Source: Trichoplax sp. H2 (Eukaryota). From it: a stretch of 64,000 nucleotides of DNA. The DNA lies in contig NOWV01000019.1 in NCBI GenBank assembly GCA_003344405.1, positions 620,001-684,000 of the forward strand, read 5' to 3'. A model generated the notes under the pieces. That model did not search any database. It was not told the DNA's origin and was given only the letters and a program-made list of their open reading frames with translations. Both the position numbers and the translations under genes were made by a program. Of this stretch, positions 25,500-40,200 are shown one piece after another. How positions within the stretch are numbered: position 1 is the first letter of the stretch; the number at the start of each line of letters is the position of its first letter.

Positions 25500-28400
25500 A
25501 AGTGATCTAACAGTGTTTAAAACTCTTGCCTCTACATTGAAAGACATTATCTAATTTAAAGGTCATATACTTTACGTGAAAACTTCGGGAATGAGTATCC
25601 CATGCGTCATTTTATACTTGTTTCAATTTAAGAAGGTACAATCTACAGCGGAGATATGATCATGATCTCAGAGGGTCTCTTAAATTTTTGCGAACACTTT
25701 ATCTCCTACTATTAGCAGACATGTTGTTAACGCAACGGTATCACGGTACGAAACACTGTGAAGAATAAACGACTAAATTTGGTGGTTAACATTTATATAT
25801 GGGGGTAACTAATAATGACTTACAGTAGGAACTCCGGTAGTTATTTTGTTACAGTATATTATGCAGTGCTGCAGTAGGAGTTCTCATAAGGTAGCTAATA
25901 TTAATTGATTGAAGTGTTATGTCTTGTAACGCTTGTGATAAATATCCTGAATGTTGTATATATATAGTTAGTAATAGATTAAATACGATATCTTAACTAT
26001 AAAGGCATGAATAAAGGAAACACTATATATGTACCTATATGATGATTGTATGGTAGTACTAGTAATACAGCAGGTGATAACATTGTAAAAGGCGGACTGG
26101 TAAGTTACTAATTGTAGTGCGAAGTATAAACTGTAATCGTATCGAGGTGTAACCTCGTGTAGCTATAAATACCGATCAACTAATAATAAAATGCAGTTAT
26201 CAATCTTATTCACGGAGTAAACTTATTATTGAAGAACATAACACTGAAGATAATCAATTATAGATGATACTGTGAATAGTTCTGTGTATGAACATACTGT
26301 AGTCTAATTATCTAGAATCGTTCAGTATATATCTAAGATTATGAATAATTTTTGTATTAATTTAGCTATCCAACATGAACTAAATTTCATGACCTGTTAT
26401 AACTCATAACATGATGGTAGCTACCAAAGGGTATTTAAGCTCGGCAGATAGCTAAATAAAAGGAGAGTTCTATAGTTGTTTAACGCAGAAAAAGCAAAGG
26501 CGTCCAAATTCACGAGAGGCAGTTAAGGGATACTGAATCCCGAAGTCCATAATAATTTAAAGATTTGTTTTATGCTATCTTAGTCACGATTGTGCTGTAT
26601 GACAATGAAAATCCACTTAGGGCAGAAATAATCGCGACACAAATATAGGAATATCCATCTTTCAAGCAGATTACTAGATAAAAAGTTAAATGTATGACAC
26701 CGTTCCAAATTGGGTATAATATGCTAGCGAATTTATTTCCTTTCCAATATCATAAAGGGTGAAAAAATGCTGCAAATTATCGCCCATTTATTTTATATTT
26801 GCTATTTTTTTTCAGTCTTATACTATGATATTATAAGAATATTTTGCTATCAAGCAGCTGCTTGATAATGCTGGAATATCATTCCAATCAATTGTAATAA
26901 TGATAAATAGTAGCATATGATTGCAATAGCGGTACATAATTGTAGTATAATACTCGTAAATAGCTCGTCTTCCATACCACTCAATTTCATCTAACGTAGC
27001 GATGACAATTCCGGAAACGGCCCCGAATCTTATTCCACAATTTTAGCCTCTCTTCGGAAATAGGATAGAATTGGGTCCATCAAGCCAGTCTAGAAGGTAA
27101 GAGTTGAAGTATCCAGCTGTTTCAAATCTAGTTTGGTAGGTAATCTGTTTCTTTTGTAACATCATAAAGGGTGAAAAAATGCTGCAAAGTGTCACTGTCA
27201 TTCTAATTTGTTAAATTTTTCAGTCTTATACAACGACATTGTAAAGATATTTGCGATCAAGCAGCTCAACAGAATTGGAATATCATTAGAGTCACTTGCA
27301 ATAATGATGATGATGATAAATAACGGTTGTTATGATTGCAGTAGCGCTACATTATTATATTGTAATAAATGATTTATCCTCAAAGTGTTTGAAAATCTTA
27401 TATGGTAGTGATGACAACTCCGGAAATGGGACTAAATCTTATTCAACAATTTTACCCTCTCTTCAGAAATAAGAAAGAATCAACCCTATCTTTCAAACCA
27501 GACCACTAGATAAGATTGTCTAGGAGTGACACCATTTTGAATCTAGTACAACAATTTATTTATTTTTTTTCGAACATTGTAAAGGGTGAAAAATGTTGCA
27601 AAGTGCCGTCATCTATTCTAATCCGTTAATCTTTATCAGTCTCGTGCAATGATAGTTTAAAGGCATTTTATTATCATTCAGCTCGATTGAGCTGAATTAT
27701 CATTAGAATCAATTGATGTGATGATGACGATCAATAACGGTTTTATGATTGCAATAATGGTGCATAATAAATTAACTTTTGGACTATTTTTCAGAAAGAT
27801 TTATAATAATGTTATTGTTATCAGGGGTAATTAAATTGTCATCCAATCAGCAAATGTAATCATTGACGCTTTAGATAATAGCTAGTAACTTTATTTATTG
27901 TATTTATTAAACGGTTGTCCAGATGTCTACATGAAGGGGGGTTGAATTTAAATAATCTTTACCTAGTCGTTTGTTGAAAATCCAATACAGTAGAAACGGA
28001 GATTGCTTGTAATCCAAGTAGTCGTTGATAGAAGAGTACAGGTAGGAGTGGTAATTACTCTCCTTTTGAAATACTCCTTTTACAATTGATTTCAAATTGG
28101 AATCATTTTCGTGATCAGCAACAAGACGATTATAAGCTGAAATTAGTTCCTGATCAAGGAAACAACTATTCAATTATCCAGTGTGTCATTTAAAAAATCA
28201 ATTGCAGCCATCTTCAAATTACATCTCAATCAAGTCATGGCAAGGTAAAGGATCTTTATAAATCATTTTTTGACAGGATTATCAGGCAGGTGATCCGAAA
28301 ATAATTAAATTACTTAATATTATTTGTTCAAAAAAACATCGCTAGATAACACTTAGCAACATTTTAATGACTGCTTTCGCATAATCTAATTTAATTTTAG

Positions 28401-28900
28401 GCTATTAACATACTCTATTTTTATTTTTATCCATCATCATTTCTTTTAAGCACTGAGAGAGATCAGCAATGTTTTGATGACTATCATCGCTTAGCTTGAT
28501 TAAATTATAGGCTCTTAACACAGACAATTTCTATTCTCATCCATCATAATATACCCTTCTAAACGAGATAGAGAAATTATCATTTTCAGCTTCAATACTT
28601 TCTTATTTCCGAGCAATGTTATTGACTAACTCGATTCGTTCCTCATCAGCCTCTTTCATCAAGATTAATCATTTACTCCATAATTTGCTTTCCTCATTGC
28701 CAGCAATATTAAGCATGTTAGCATAATGGACGATAAAAGACATTTTTCCATCTATCTTATCTTCAGGTATCCTTCTGTATTGTTATTTCATTACTATATT
28801 ATTTTACTCTCACTTCCTTATTTGAAGACGATCTGAAAGAATTATTTTATGTCTATAAGTACACAACGATTTTTCTAAGCGAACCAATACATGCCTTTCA
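25500..28900 (-). pseudogene. Degenerate TRPM-like cation channel remnant
   Basis: Minus-strand fragments occur in TRPM order: DNPVKK*FIKILYLAM, ORF 27907-28173 ending LNSTPLHV, and KLLNKI*SHF. These are followed by PILLSCLIANIF, LQHFFTLY.V, RLLQ...NHHIGTYIV (S4-S5-linker-like) and LLIVGDKVFAKI*E (S6 end-like). The region is heavily disrupted and the family call rests on motif recall only. Confidence 0.35.
26740..27770. repeat. Three diverged tandem copies of a ~413-bp unit
   Basis: The anchor AAAGGGTGAAAAA(A)TG(C/T)TGCAAA occurs at ~26754, ~27166 and ~27581, each followed by shared TCAGTCT, TCAAGCAGCT-like and TATGATTGCA motifs. Confidence 0.9.
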
Positions 28901-31900
28901 AATTGTAACAGAATTTAATTTAAGTTATTTACTTTATAAAGAATACAGAGTTATAGGGAAGTTGAATGCAAATCAGATTATTTATAAAATCTATCGTTAC
29001 AAAGATAAGTTTTACTGATCTTGCCACTGCCTAGGAGAACATGCACCTTGTTCATTTTGAGATTAGATTTACTGGAAAGGTCAGGTTCAGATTCTTACGC
29101 AAGCGTTCTGCTAGGTGTATATTTCGGATTAATCTTCGTTCCTTTACAAATTCATTGCTCACCATTTCTTCACCTTTGCAATATGTTGAAGAAAGCTGCG
29201 AAAATTTATCTAAATGATCTCCAAGGATTTTCTAGTTTGCGTAGAAATACTGAATAATATGTATCAGAGGTTTAAATTCGCTAATTTTATTGTTTACAGA
29301 ACGTTATGATCGAAAAAAATGAAAGAATGAGAAAGAGACTTTATTCCAAGTTTAAATAAATTAGTATGATACATTATTAAAATTACATCTGGTCAGGCCC
29401 GTTAAGAGACTGATCGATGGCAATGGCGGTAGAGTCGAATAGCAAACTATTTTTAAGGGCCACGTAAATCTTTCTTTATATCATGCATTATCGCTTAAGT
29501 AGGTGTAAATCCGTTTCCATCGATAACTACGGCATCTCATGATTATGAAATGAAAAAAAGAGAATGATGGATTTTATCATATCTAGATTAATTACCGCGC
29601 AATTAAAGTGCAGTTTATCTACTCGATCTGTTTAGGTTTTGATTGAAAATATGGAGAGTAAAGTAGTCAAATAAATTATTGTAGATCATTGGACCAATTC
29701 TTCGTTTTATCCTAGTGAAGATGCTTATTTTAAAATGGATATAAAATGGACCAGAGCATTCGAGAAGCTTGCAGTAGCTGCTGTAGTATAGGCGAGATTA
29801 TTTTCCTCATTCAGTATTGGGATTTGTAAATTTACATCAAGCTACGATTGCTATTCATGAGAGAGAAGATATTGTACAACTCTATTTACAAGACCTTATT
29901 AAAATTTACAGTTACCATGTTAATATGGTGAATGTTATACTAATACATGGATTATTGTTAATAAAATAGCCTCGATACATGCGGTGTAATTGGAATGATC
30001 ATTCTCGATTTCTTTCTAAAGCTGTAAGGCTACATTATACCAGCGAAGTAGCTCTAGCCTTCAAAGTAAATGCAATTGATATTCAATTTTTTTTACATTA
30101 GTAGGTCATAATTAAGACTGATTTTGAGTTGAGCAATAACATTTGCATTACGCAATGGCTGCAAAATTCAAAGTCAATTACACATAATGTCTATATGTTA
30201 TAAGCTATAGTCACCTATACTAGGGCAGTTTGTCGGCGATCATGATAACTTGTGAGAAAGTTGAATTAAGAGTGTAAGTGAATGAAAGGGAAATTATAAA
30301 TAGAGGCTTAAGTGAAGAGATTTTCAAGAGAGTGTTCATGCGTGAATGGAACGGGTTTCAAGATCGAGCATGAATCGTTAGTTTACATCGCTTTGGATGA
30401 GAATGAATTTGAGTCTGATATAGGATTTTTCTGACATATAATATTCTAACCTACTGATTAAATCACTTTTATATGATAAATCAATTGTACTTTTACATTC
30501 TAATTATCTATTAGAATATATATCAAAAGTGAGAAATGGAATGGAGTAAAATAAATTATCATTTACGAATACGATTGCTCTAGGTTTCAAAGTGTTTGCA
30601 TAGTTCAGAGTTATGATGGCAGATCTGCGTATCATGTTGCCTTAGAAATTTATTCAAATTACTTTATATCCAGTTATTGGAGAAATTTTATTAATGCGAT
30701 TATGCCGATCAAATTAGTAGATTCTCTGCTATTGCTTAAAATGGCACGGGGATTAAAAAAGTTAATACATGCGAATAACCACTTAATTAGAAAGTCCTTT
30801 ATCATTAACTACCGTTAGCTTGTCAAAAACATCTTAATTTCATCAAGAATTGTGCAAACGCTATAGCTGTGGCATTATAACCATAAAAATTCAATGCAAG
30901 ATCCTGAATGACTTCATAGCTTATAATAGTTAAGCAATCGACTGCCTTTATATGTAATAATTTCCCCTTCTAACTTTCAAATAAAATGAATGCTAAGCAT
31001 GCTTTTAACGAACATTTTCTTAGCCTTATTTATTGCAAGTCTCAGCTGATCTATACTAGCACTGCAATAGTCTGTGGTACTGTAGATTTATTCTTCGAAA
31101 TACTACCAGTAATTTTCAAGTGGAATCTATACCCAGTAAATTAAATGTATACCCTAGAAAATAGAATTGATAAGGTACGATAGTTTGCATACCATAAATA
31201 ATCATGCATTATTCATTGCTTGTGCACATGTCATGCAATGCCTCTATAATTTACTGCTTCCTTTCTTTGCGACTTATTATTTACTGGCATCTGCTTGACG
31301 TAAAAATATAGTGGCTGAATTTTTTACTATAGAGCCAAAGATTTATCTATTTATGAAGAAAATGGGCTGAGATTTTATTACAGTGAGCTTAGAACAAGAT
31401 ACTAATGGCTGGGGTAAATAAGTTATCATTTGTTTACGTCAGGCTTATTGTATATACACGAAATATCTATCTACTAAATCTTACTACTTCATCGATTAGT
31501 GTTGAGAAGATATGGCGGATACAGTATAAATCTGTTGATAAGGAATAAGATCTGCCAATACAAGATTAGCAGCTTTCCGTTTGTAGTGCAGCCCCAAATA
31601 TAGCTTAGATTACTATTATAAGACTGTACGAGAATAACTTAACTTGTAAGGTAGAGTGTAAGATTGTCAGATAATCAGATAGTCCTTGGTAGTTAGACGA
31701 ACCTAACTTCTGTAATAAAGTGAAATTTGCAAGAAACTGTGGTTCTTGATTTATTGTTTTGAAGATCACTTTATCACAACGTTAGATCTATCTAATTAGA
31801 CGTTATGCTATAAATTCATCTCTAATACATCGCAATTTTGCCATCATTTTTGATTATTGTGATTTTATGGCGATTATTTACTAAAGTCTATTTCAAGTTT

Positions 31901-32049
31901 GAAAACACTTTCCAATTCTGCAACATCAATATCCACATGATAGAATTGGTTACACTGTATAGATTTTTAAATCTACTCTCAAAACTATGACAACATCAAT
32001 CGCTAATTAACATTTATTTAAGATACATTTCGGCCTTATTCATTAATGT

Positions 32050-33020
32050 ATTCTACATTGGCGTTGCGCTAAATAATAACAACTATGATTTGCATCATAT
32101 CAATTGTTGATCGGATTTCCATCTGATATACAATACTTAAAATGATGTTTACTAATCTTGTTACTTTAGAATTAGCTATTTCCAGTGACGCAAAATCTAT
32201 CAATTATTGAATAGAACTTTCTGCTACGATTTTTTTCTGTTTATAACATTTAAAATTAAACCACTAGATAGAATGCATACTGCCTCATCAATCGTCGATA
32301 AGAAAATCGATCAAATGTATAAATATACAATTGTAGTTTATTCATACTGAATCAGTCGTTGAAGAAAGAGCTCGATTTAAAGAAGACATGTTGTGGTCAA
32401 AACCCAAATTTGGCCAATCTTAAAATCGACAAAATCAATCGTTCGTAAAACTGCGATTGATTATAAGTATAAAAATGCATATGTAGTTCATTCATATTTA
32501 ATCAATTTTTGATCAGATCTCCATCGAATAAACCTTACCTCTGGGATATATCATATTCGATAATCTTATTGTTTTAAAATTATCTATTTCTAGCGATACA
32601 CATTTTACCATTGAGTAGAAATTGAAGCCCCGATCTTTTTCCGATTTATGAAATTTTTTATTTAGTCACTAGATACGCGTATAATAATGGTGTCTCATCA
32701 ATCGTTGATGAGAAGCTCGATTCAAAGTATAAATATACTCACGTAGTTTAGTATTACCGAATCAATCGTTAATCAGATTTTCGATCGGATATACATACCT
32801 CATGTCCTATTCGTTAACCTTGTTATTTTATAATTAGCTATTCCTGGTGGCATACATTCTTTCATTAATTAAAGCTTTGAGCCAGTAATTTTTATGTAGT
32901 TGTGAAATTTATAATTTAATCGCTAGATAATAATAACGCTGTCTTATTAATCTTTGATAATTAATAAGTTCGATTATAAAATAAATATTCAAACTTAGTT
33001 CATTTACTTCTAATCAAAGC
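32050..33020 (-). pseudogene. Diverged tandem repeats, possibly a decayed leucine-rich-repeat coding region
   Basis: The unit CTAGATA...CTCATCAATCGT.GAT.AGAA..TCGAT...GTATAAATATAC recurs at ~32263, ~32669 and ~32922. The minus strand gives LRR-like fragments (SLEIANSK, SLEIDNFKTIRL, FGNTKLRE, MNKLQLYI). Confidence 0.3.
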
Positions 33021-36000
33021 TATCATGAACAAAATCGATATCATTGCAATAAAGTACTACTTTCAGTCCTACTCTGAACTGGTCACCCAATAATTAGTCT
33101 TACAAAGTAGCGGTTTAGTATTAACTTATTACTTAAAAATATTCTTAAATTTTACAGTGGTAAAACTTTTAACTAAGTAAACTATACAGCTGATTCTCAA
33201 ATTTTCGGTTGAGGTCCATTCTAAAGAAGGCAACTCTTCACACCCTTCGTTGCAACATTTTAATGATATATGTTTAAAAATTCAGTCTCCCTGGGCTAAT
33301 CACATTCAAACGTCATTCAGCTTATTCGATACTTCCCTTATTAAACTCAATGCTCCAGAAGGCTCCTGCAGGTGCAAGACCCCTAACTAGGTATGATTGG
33401 CATCGCTCATACACAGCCAATTATATGTAAGATACTGAAACAAGCTGATACCACTTACCGAGGCACCCTATAGTCTCATCTAAGGCTACAGCTGTCGTCT
33501 CTACCATCATCCACTAATAGTAAACGACTACCTTTAAAGCCATAAAGTAATCCATGGCACCATTAATCTATTCAGATCTAGCATCATCTTACTAATGATT
33601 ATTGGGATCTCACTATAAAACCTATTTCCCCACAATTGTGGTCATTTCTTTTAAAGGATTATGAAAATAGAATCAATCGGGTAATAAGTTTTAGACAGGA
33701 ATTATTTTATTTATAATCATTATTTAATCCGTATTTTAAAAGTAATATTTTAGTTATATTTTACTGCTAAATCGTCAATTTTTCGATCAAATTTTTCATG
33801 AATGCTATAGTAATAATAGCCAACAATCTGTATTTTATAACTTCCTCTTTTTGATACTGTATCAACGACCATGAATCAAGGGCTACGATCACACCAATTT
33901 TTTTAGCTCATTAACTACATGTGCATATTAAAATTTTCTATTTTCTTTGCCTAGGTTATCTTAATCAGGATTTGTATTCGATACACAATACACATTCAAT
34001 TCATAAAAATCATTTATATCTATTCATAATTCGTAATTATGATATAATTATTATCCGAATACCATTCATTCTTGATCAATGTTACATACAGATAATTAGT
34101 GCATGCTTTATTTTACTGATATCACAGCATGCCTGTAAAAAAAAATTTCCATCAGTATTTTCACAGCTATTTTTGCCCTAGCTTCCATTATCAATCGGAA
34201 TTTTTAATCGAATGTATTATTTATTTTATATTAGTAACAGATTTCTTTAATTTTACTATTCTCCAAGATAGAGCCGTCGAACCTTGATCGACATTTATGT
34301 ATTTGATTCTTATCTAGTGTTCAATAAGTTTTTATATACTTAATTTTTATCCATTGATCTACAAATATTTTATAATTCTACATTGTAGCTATTCTTGTAC
34401 CTTGACGTTCTTTCTTTAAATCTGTAATATTGATATTGCCTTTCTTTCGATGATTTATACTAACTGAATTAGCAGTAAATAGGAAAGTATGTATGTTGTG
34501 ATCTATACAACTATTCCAAGTTCTTTTACTTTTGAGAAATGTCCAAATCGACAATAACCAGAATCCACTTATTCTATTCCTTACATTCAACTCCAGATAA
34601 ATTTTTAATTCTATTTTTTACTCTATATAGCGATTCAATAACCAGTCAGCAATCAATAGCGGCATTGATTTGAACTAAGAAAAGCGAAATTTTCGCTATC
34701 AGTATCTATTTTAACAAATTACTAGCTCGTTATAGTTAGTGTTAGATTATAGAAGATCAAAGCTATTTGATAGGTAAAATCCGTCTAACAATGCAAATTC
34801 ACTTAAATAGAACTTAAAATAAGCGAAATAAATGCTTGGGAGGCATTACTATGTGTATTAATGACCAGATTATTAAATGCCAATTTATCTATATCTGCAG
34901 TCTTGCAATTTAAAATTAATAATAGCATTCCTGTAATTAGATGATTCACTTTGAATCAGTCGTGGATGAAAGGTAATTGCTATCGCTTTTGGTCAATATT
35001 GAATTAGAAATCAACCTATGAAGCAAAATTTAGCGTAGCATAATAGAGCATTAATTAGTCAGCGAATTTCTTATATATATTTATTAAATATTAGCTAGTC
35101 TTACATGACAAATGCGATGTTATACTACCGATATAAGTTTAACAATGTATAAAGAATGGTCATTTGTTTGTCAATCTTTGTAGCTGATAGAGCAATTTGC
35201 TGTACTTTCAATCCGAAATTCCGATGACTAAAAATTTTTTTCGCTTTAAGTAACAAAAGAGCGAGCTGAAGCTTCGGTTCTTATCCCTGTTATCTTAATC
35301 GTGTTTTGTTTATATCATCCAGTAAAAACAGACGATAAAGATTTAAGGTGACAAGCGACAACCGGTATAAATATTGATCTAGTTTACTCATGGAACGGTA
35401 GACCTATTGATTATCATCACCTCCAATCAATTTTTAAACATTTATAATAGAATTAGCAATTTATTTGAATCTATTACATGAAAACTAAAGCGGAGTGTTA
35501 ATATTTCTACAGTTTGTTTGAATAAGTTTACTGACTATAAATGAAAATTACGTCTTTTTCCAATAAAATTGTAATATACTCATGGCCTTGACGAAATGAC
35601 TTCAAGCAGAATCGAGCATCTTAAATAACTTAAAAATATTAATCGTTTTATTAGCATAAAATAAAAATTTATTAAGAGAATAGAGATGTAATGAATAGTC
35701 GAAAAATAGATTTTCCTTTTCATAGACTAAACAAAAGAAACTCATGATTAATAACTTCACACTTAAAAGTATGCACTGTGCTCGTATATTTGAAGGGTTT
35801 TAAAAAATTTGTAATTATCTTGTTCTAAGACTCCGAAATAGCATGTTTACATTATTGTATCAAGAATCATTACCGGAATTCAATTTCCATACCAGGAAAT
35901 TAAATTAATTCGGTTTATTGGACCAATACATTTCAATCTTTAGAGATATTTGATATGATAATTGTACTGCAGAATTGACATTCATGGTGAATTGGTATCG

Positions 36001-36261
36001 GAAAACAAATACAATTATAATCTACCATTCCTAATTGACTGAGCCACAAAATTAGCAATCTATACTCATTAATATTTCCTTAAATTGGTAGCCCTTGTCT
36101 TTAAAAGCAAGGCTAAATAAAGCATGGCTAGATAAACTTAGAATATTTTAGCAAGTTATGAACTGAAAAAAAACAAATAGCATATCAATCTTGCTTGCAT
36201 CTTTAACCCTTAGCTAATTCTTTCCTCATTGTAAAATTTTGTTTTTTTGCTTCTCTTTTAG

Positions 36262-37273
36262 TCATAATCCGAATATTACTATCTATAACGGCTCCAATCA
36301 CATACCAGATGAAAATTATGAAGAAATAACACCTCTTGGCATTACAAGTCTGGCAATCCAAATAAGTATTGTTGTTCTTAGTGTCATCTGCAATTCCTTA
36401 GTTATCGCTACGATTGTTGGATATCGTCGGCTGCATAATAACACTAACTACTTGGTCGTCAATCAGTGTGTTGTTGATTTCCTCTTTGCAACTCTCATCA
36501 TTGCAGTTTACCCTATCCAAGCCTTGCTTGGCTATTGGCCGTTTATTAAAGAATGGTGTGCTATCCATTACTGCTTAAGCATTGGCTTAGTGATGGTATC
36601 TATACTTAATTTATGCGCCATCAGTTTTGATCGCTATATAGCTATTTGTCATCCCTATCATCATCCTAGACTCATGACCAAGAAATCGCTGATCATTATT
36701 TTACTCTTTGTGTGGATACAGCCATTACTCATCAGTTTACTACCCATTATGTTGTGGCGAACAGATCATGATCTTCCTTTTGGTATATGCTCCTACGATA
36801 TTAATCGATCATTAATCCAAGAAAGAGTTTATTTAGCATCATTTTTGATGATTAACTATGTGATACCAGCATTTATTATGCTATTATTATATTCATTAAT
36901 ATTTCGCACTGCATGTCGACAAGTCCATCAAATTAATAAGCAAAATATGATTTCTTCGTCTTCACTGTCAGATTCTATTCGTGCTCATAAAACCTCCGAT
37001 AAGGACATTAAGTTAGTCCTTTTATTTCTGGCTATCGTCGGCACCCTATATATTTGTTGGACACCTCTATATACTCTAATGATGATAAGTTACTTTGATG
37101 TATTTTATCAGCCTCACATCGGGACTTTTGTGGCAATCATGTTGGCCTTTTCTAATTGTGCTATTAATCCCATAATATACAGCTGCTCCAATGCTCCAAT
37201 TCGCAAAGGCTTATTCAAATTACTTGGAATAAAAGTAAATATTCGATCGGAACGATACGTTACCACAGTTTAG
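36262..37273 (+). CDS. Orphan rhodopsin-family (class A) GPCR, amine/adenosine-receptor-like fold
   Basis: There are seven hydrophobic helices with CN (TM1), VVDFL (TM2), WPF...WC, SFDRYIAICHP, CWTP and NPIIY, plus N-terminal NxT/S sequons. The main exon begins after a polypyrimidine-AG at 36261 (phase 2). A phase-compatible candidate first exon, ATGGAACG|GT, lies at 35390-35397. Confidence 0.93.
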
Positions 37274-40200
37274 AAGATAATTCTTTTCTCTCCATTGGCC
37301 TCATTTTCTTTAATGTCCGAAAATGGATCGGTTGAAAAATATAAAAAAATAGAACCTATAATAGTATATATTTAGAGGATCTACTGTTGATTCTCTTCAT
37401 AATGATATAGGAATTATTCAATTTAAATTGCTTCGTTTCTACTGTTTCCTTTAAATCAGATGCATGTGAAACGCCAATAGAAGATTTATTCTTCCTAGAA
37501 ATTGGAATTAAAATTACTCGTAGCTATAATCTAATCTATTCATGCTATCAGCCAATAATTCAATTGTTTCATGTATATTTAAATGATTAGCGGTATTAAT
37601 CTACTTTTCCCAATTTATTTCAGGTCAAGCCGCAATAGTACTCCAATTTTCCAATACTATAGATTTTATTACTGTAACTTGAGTTTCCGTATTTACTCGT
37701 TTTTGAGATCTTTATCGAAAAATATCTGTAATGATAATATGGAGATGTATCGCATATTTGACTAAATTTGTTCCCTAATGATAACCAAAAAGGGCTTAAC
37801 TCATCACTTTTAGCTAGATAAATATAACATTTGGAAGCTGCTGGTTCCTAATTGCAAAAAGTTTTCGCAAAAGCTTTATCTGAGAAATTCCATAGGGATG
37901 AATTCCTGTCATGACTGTTTACCTCTAAGCTTGCTTTCATTATCAGAATGATAATGAAATCATAATGATGGAAATGTTTGATTTATAATTATTCAGCTAA
38001 TTCTCTTGTATTATATCGCAAGCATGTACAGTTTTATACATATTAATCAAATGTCTATTTCTAATAGGAAGTTTCATGCCCTCATTAGCCTTAATTCACG
38101 ATACTCGTATTAACTGCACTTCATTTCATTTAATCTTGCCTGATTGTAGCATTTCAGGATAGGATTATGTTATTACTTTAATCATTTTCAAACCTTTGGT
38201 ACGTAAATTCCTATCACTTCATGAAGAATATCTTGTTTTTAGTAGCCCTTAATTACTTACAGTACGTTCATCAATATGTTGGTAGCTAAATATCAGTACG
38301 AGGGCTTGGGTATATCACAAATGAGCGTTAGTTTGCGTAGGATTGAAAATACCAAGAAGGTAGTAATACTTAATTTCAACAAGTGTTTAAACATCTAGAA
38401 TGCTACTAATTCGTTATCTTATTCAGACTTAATCTGGATTAAAAATATTTATCTCTATATTCTTCTGTTGTCTACATTGTAATAAAGTAATTGTACCGAC
38501 ATTATTAAAATTTAGCTAATCTGGCGTTTATATTAACGTACTGATTCATTACACAACAGTAAAGCGCATGTAGACTAAGTTCTTACCATATTCAGTAATA
38601 ACATTATTTCTATCTGTCAAAAGTAACATAGATCATTATTAATTTAGAACTGAGACACATATTCAATTCGATAAGCTTTCAGCGTAAAATCTATCAGTTT
38701 AATAAACTTTACAAGATCCAATAATTCTAAAATGCAATCACCTATTCTTTATTGCTATACCTAATTTCCTGGTTTACCAAAGTTTAAATGGCATTAATCA
38801 TTTCAGAATATTTTATAAAAGTTAATATTCGATAACGTATTACTCATTAAACTATAGATGATGTACTGTACGTTAATGTAAGATAATCGGTTTAATGATA
38901 AGGGTTGCAAGATATATGAATGTGTATGTAGATTCTTCCCCGTTAAAGGCTGTTGCTAAAGCTATAACAACCTTAAGGCAACTAAAATAATTGGCTAGCT
39001 AATATACATGAGTAGCTACTATACTAATATCCCTCGGATTCCGCACGATTTCCATTAGTAAATACTTAACAAAAAACTTTAGGAAGGCATTAAATTTCAT
39101 GAACTTCTGCTCCGTGTTACAAGAAATTATTTACACAATTAATTATCGAAATTACTGATTCAGGGCCGAACATGATCGCTAAATAACTGCAATGGAATAA
39201 GATTATGTTGTGTTATGGATTCTATGAAGAAATTTACCTACTGTTCCATAAGATTTGTACAAACAAAAAGGCTGCACGAAATCATAACATTAATAACCCA
39301 GCTAGTATGTCCTTGCTAGCATATTTATAGTCGAGAAATGGATATAACGGCTACTGGCCAGCTATGAGCTTGAAATTAATATCATCCAATAGGAAGAAAT
39401 GGATGATGACATCGGTAACCACCTGGTTGTAGCATATGTTAGTCAATGCTCAATTGAAAAAGTAAATATTAAAATTAAAATTTGCCGTCTATATGTCGTT
39501 AGTCAATGCGTATGTACATGCTTATAAAATAAAATAAAATAAAAAATTAGAAAAATATGAATATAAATTTTGTACAAATATCTTCTCCTGTACATTATGA
39601 AAATATATGGAAAGTAAAACTGTTAAAGGATAATTCTTTGAATGGATTACAAATGATCTTGGGTATTATAGAAACTGAATAAAATAATAACTAGTATACA
39701 GCAATGTAAATTTTGGCTTCTAGTAAATACAGAATAATATTGACCTTACCGATGTAATGATTCATTTGCTATATTAAAAGAATTCTCATTAAGCTTAGCA
39801 CAATCCATATAGACCGACTCCACCCAAAAATAAATTTGCATATGTATACCAAACAGCTGTACGTTAAAATTTCCATTTATAATTTTACAAACCTTCCGTA
39901 ATTAGAAACTTGGACTTTAGTAATTTATGCAGTTATTATTTTAATGGTTAGTGTGGTAATCCTAGCATTTTCATAGTGTCAAGGGCATCGATTTGGATGT
40001 CGAAATTTACTTACTCCTAAGAACATAGATGAAAATGCAGAATCATTCATATTATTGGATTTTCATTATAATATCAGGTGAAATGAATACCGTAAGAATT
40101 ACTTTTGTCACCCATATTGAATTAGCATCTTGTTAATATATATCTAGATATAATTGTCACTCATGATAGTATAGTTATTTAGGTAAGTGTTCACGTTAGA

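Noticed and set aside
36239-37273. Opsin or canonical biogenic amine receptor
   Set aside because: There is no Lys at 7.43 and no Asp at 3.32.
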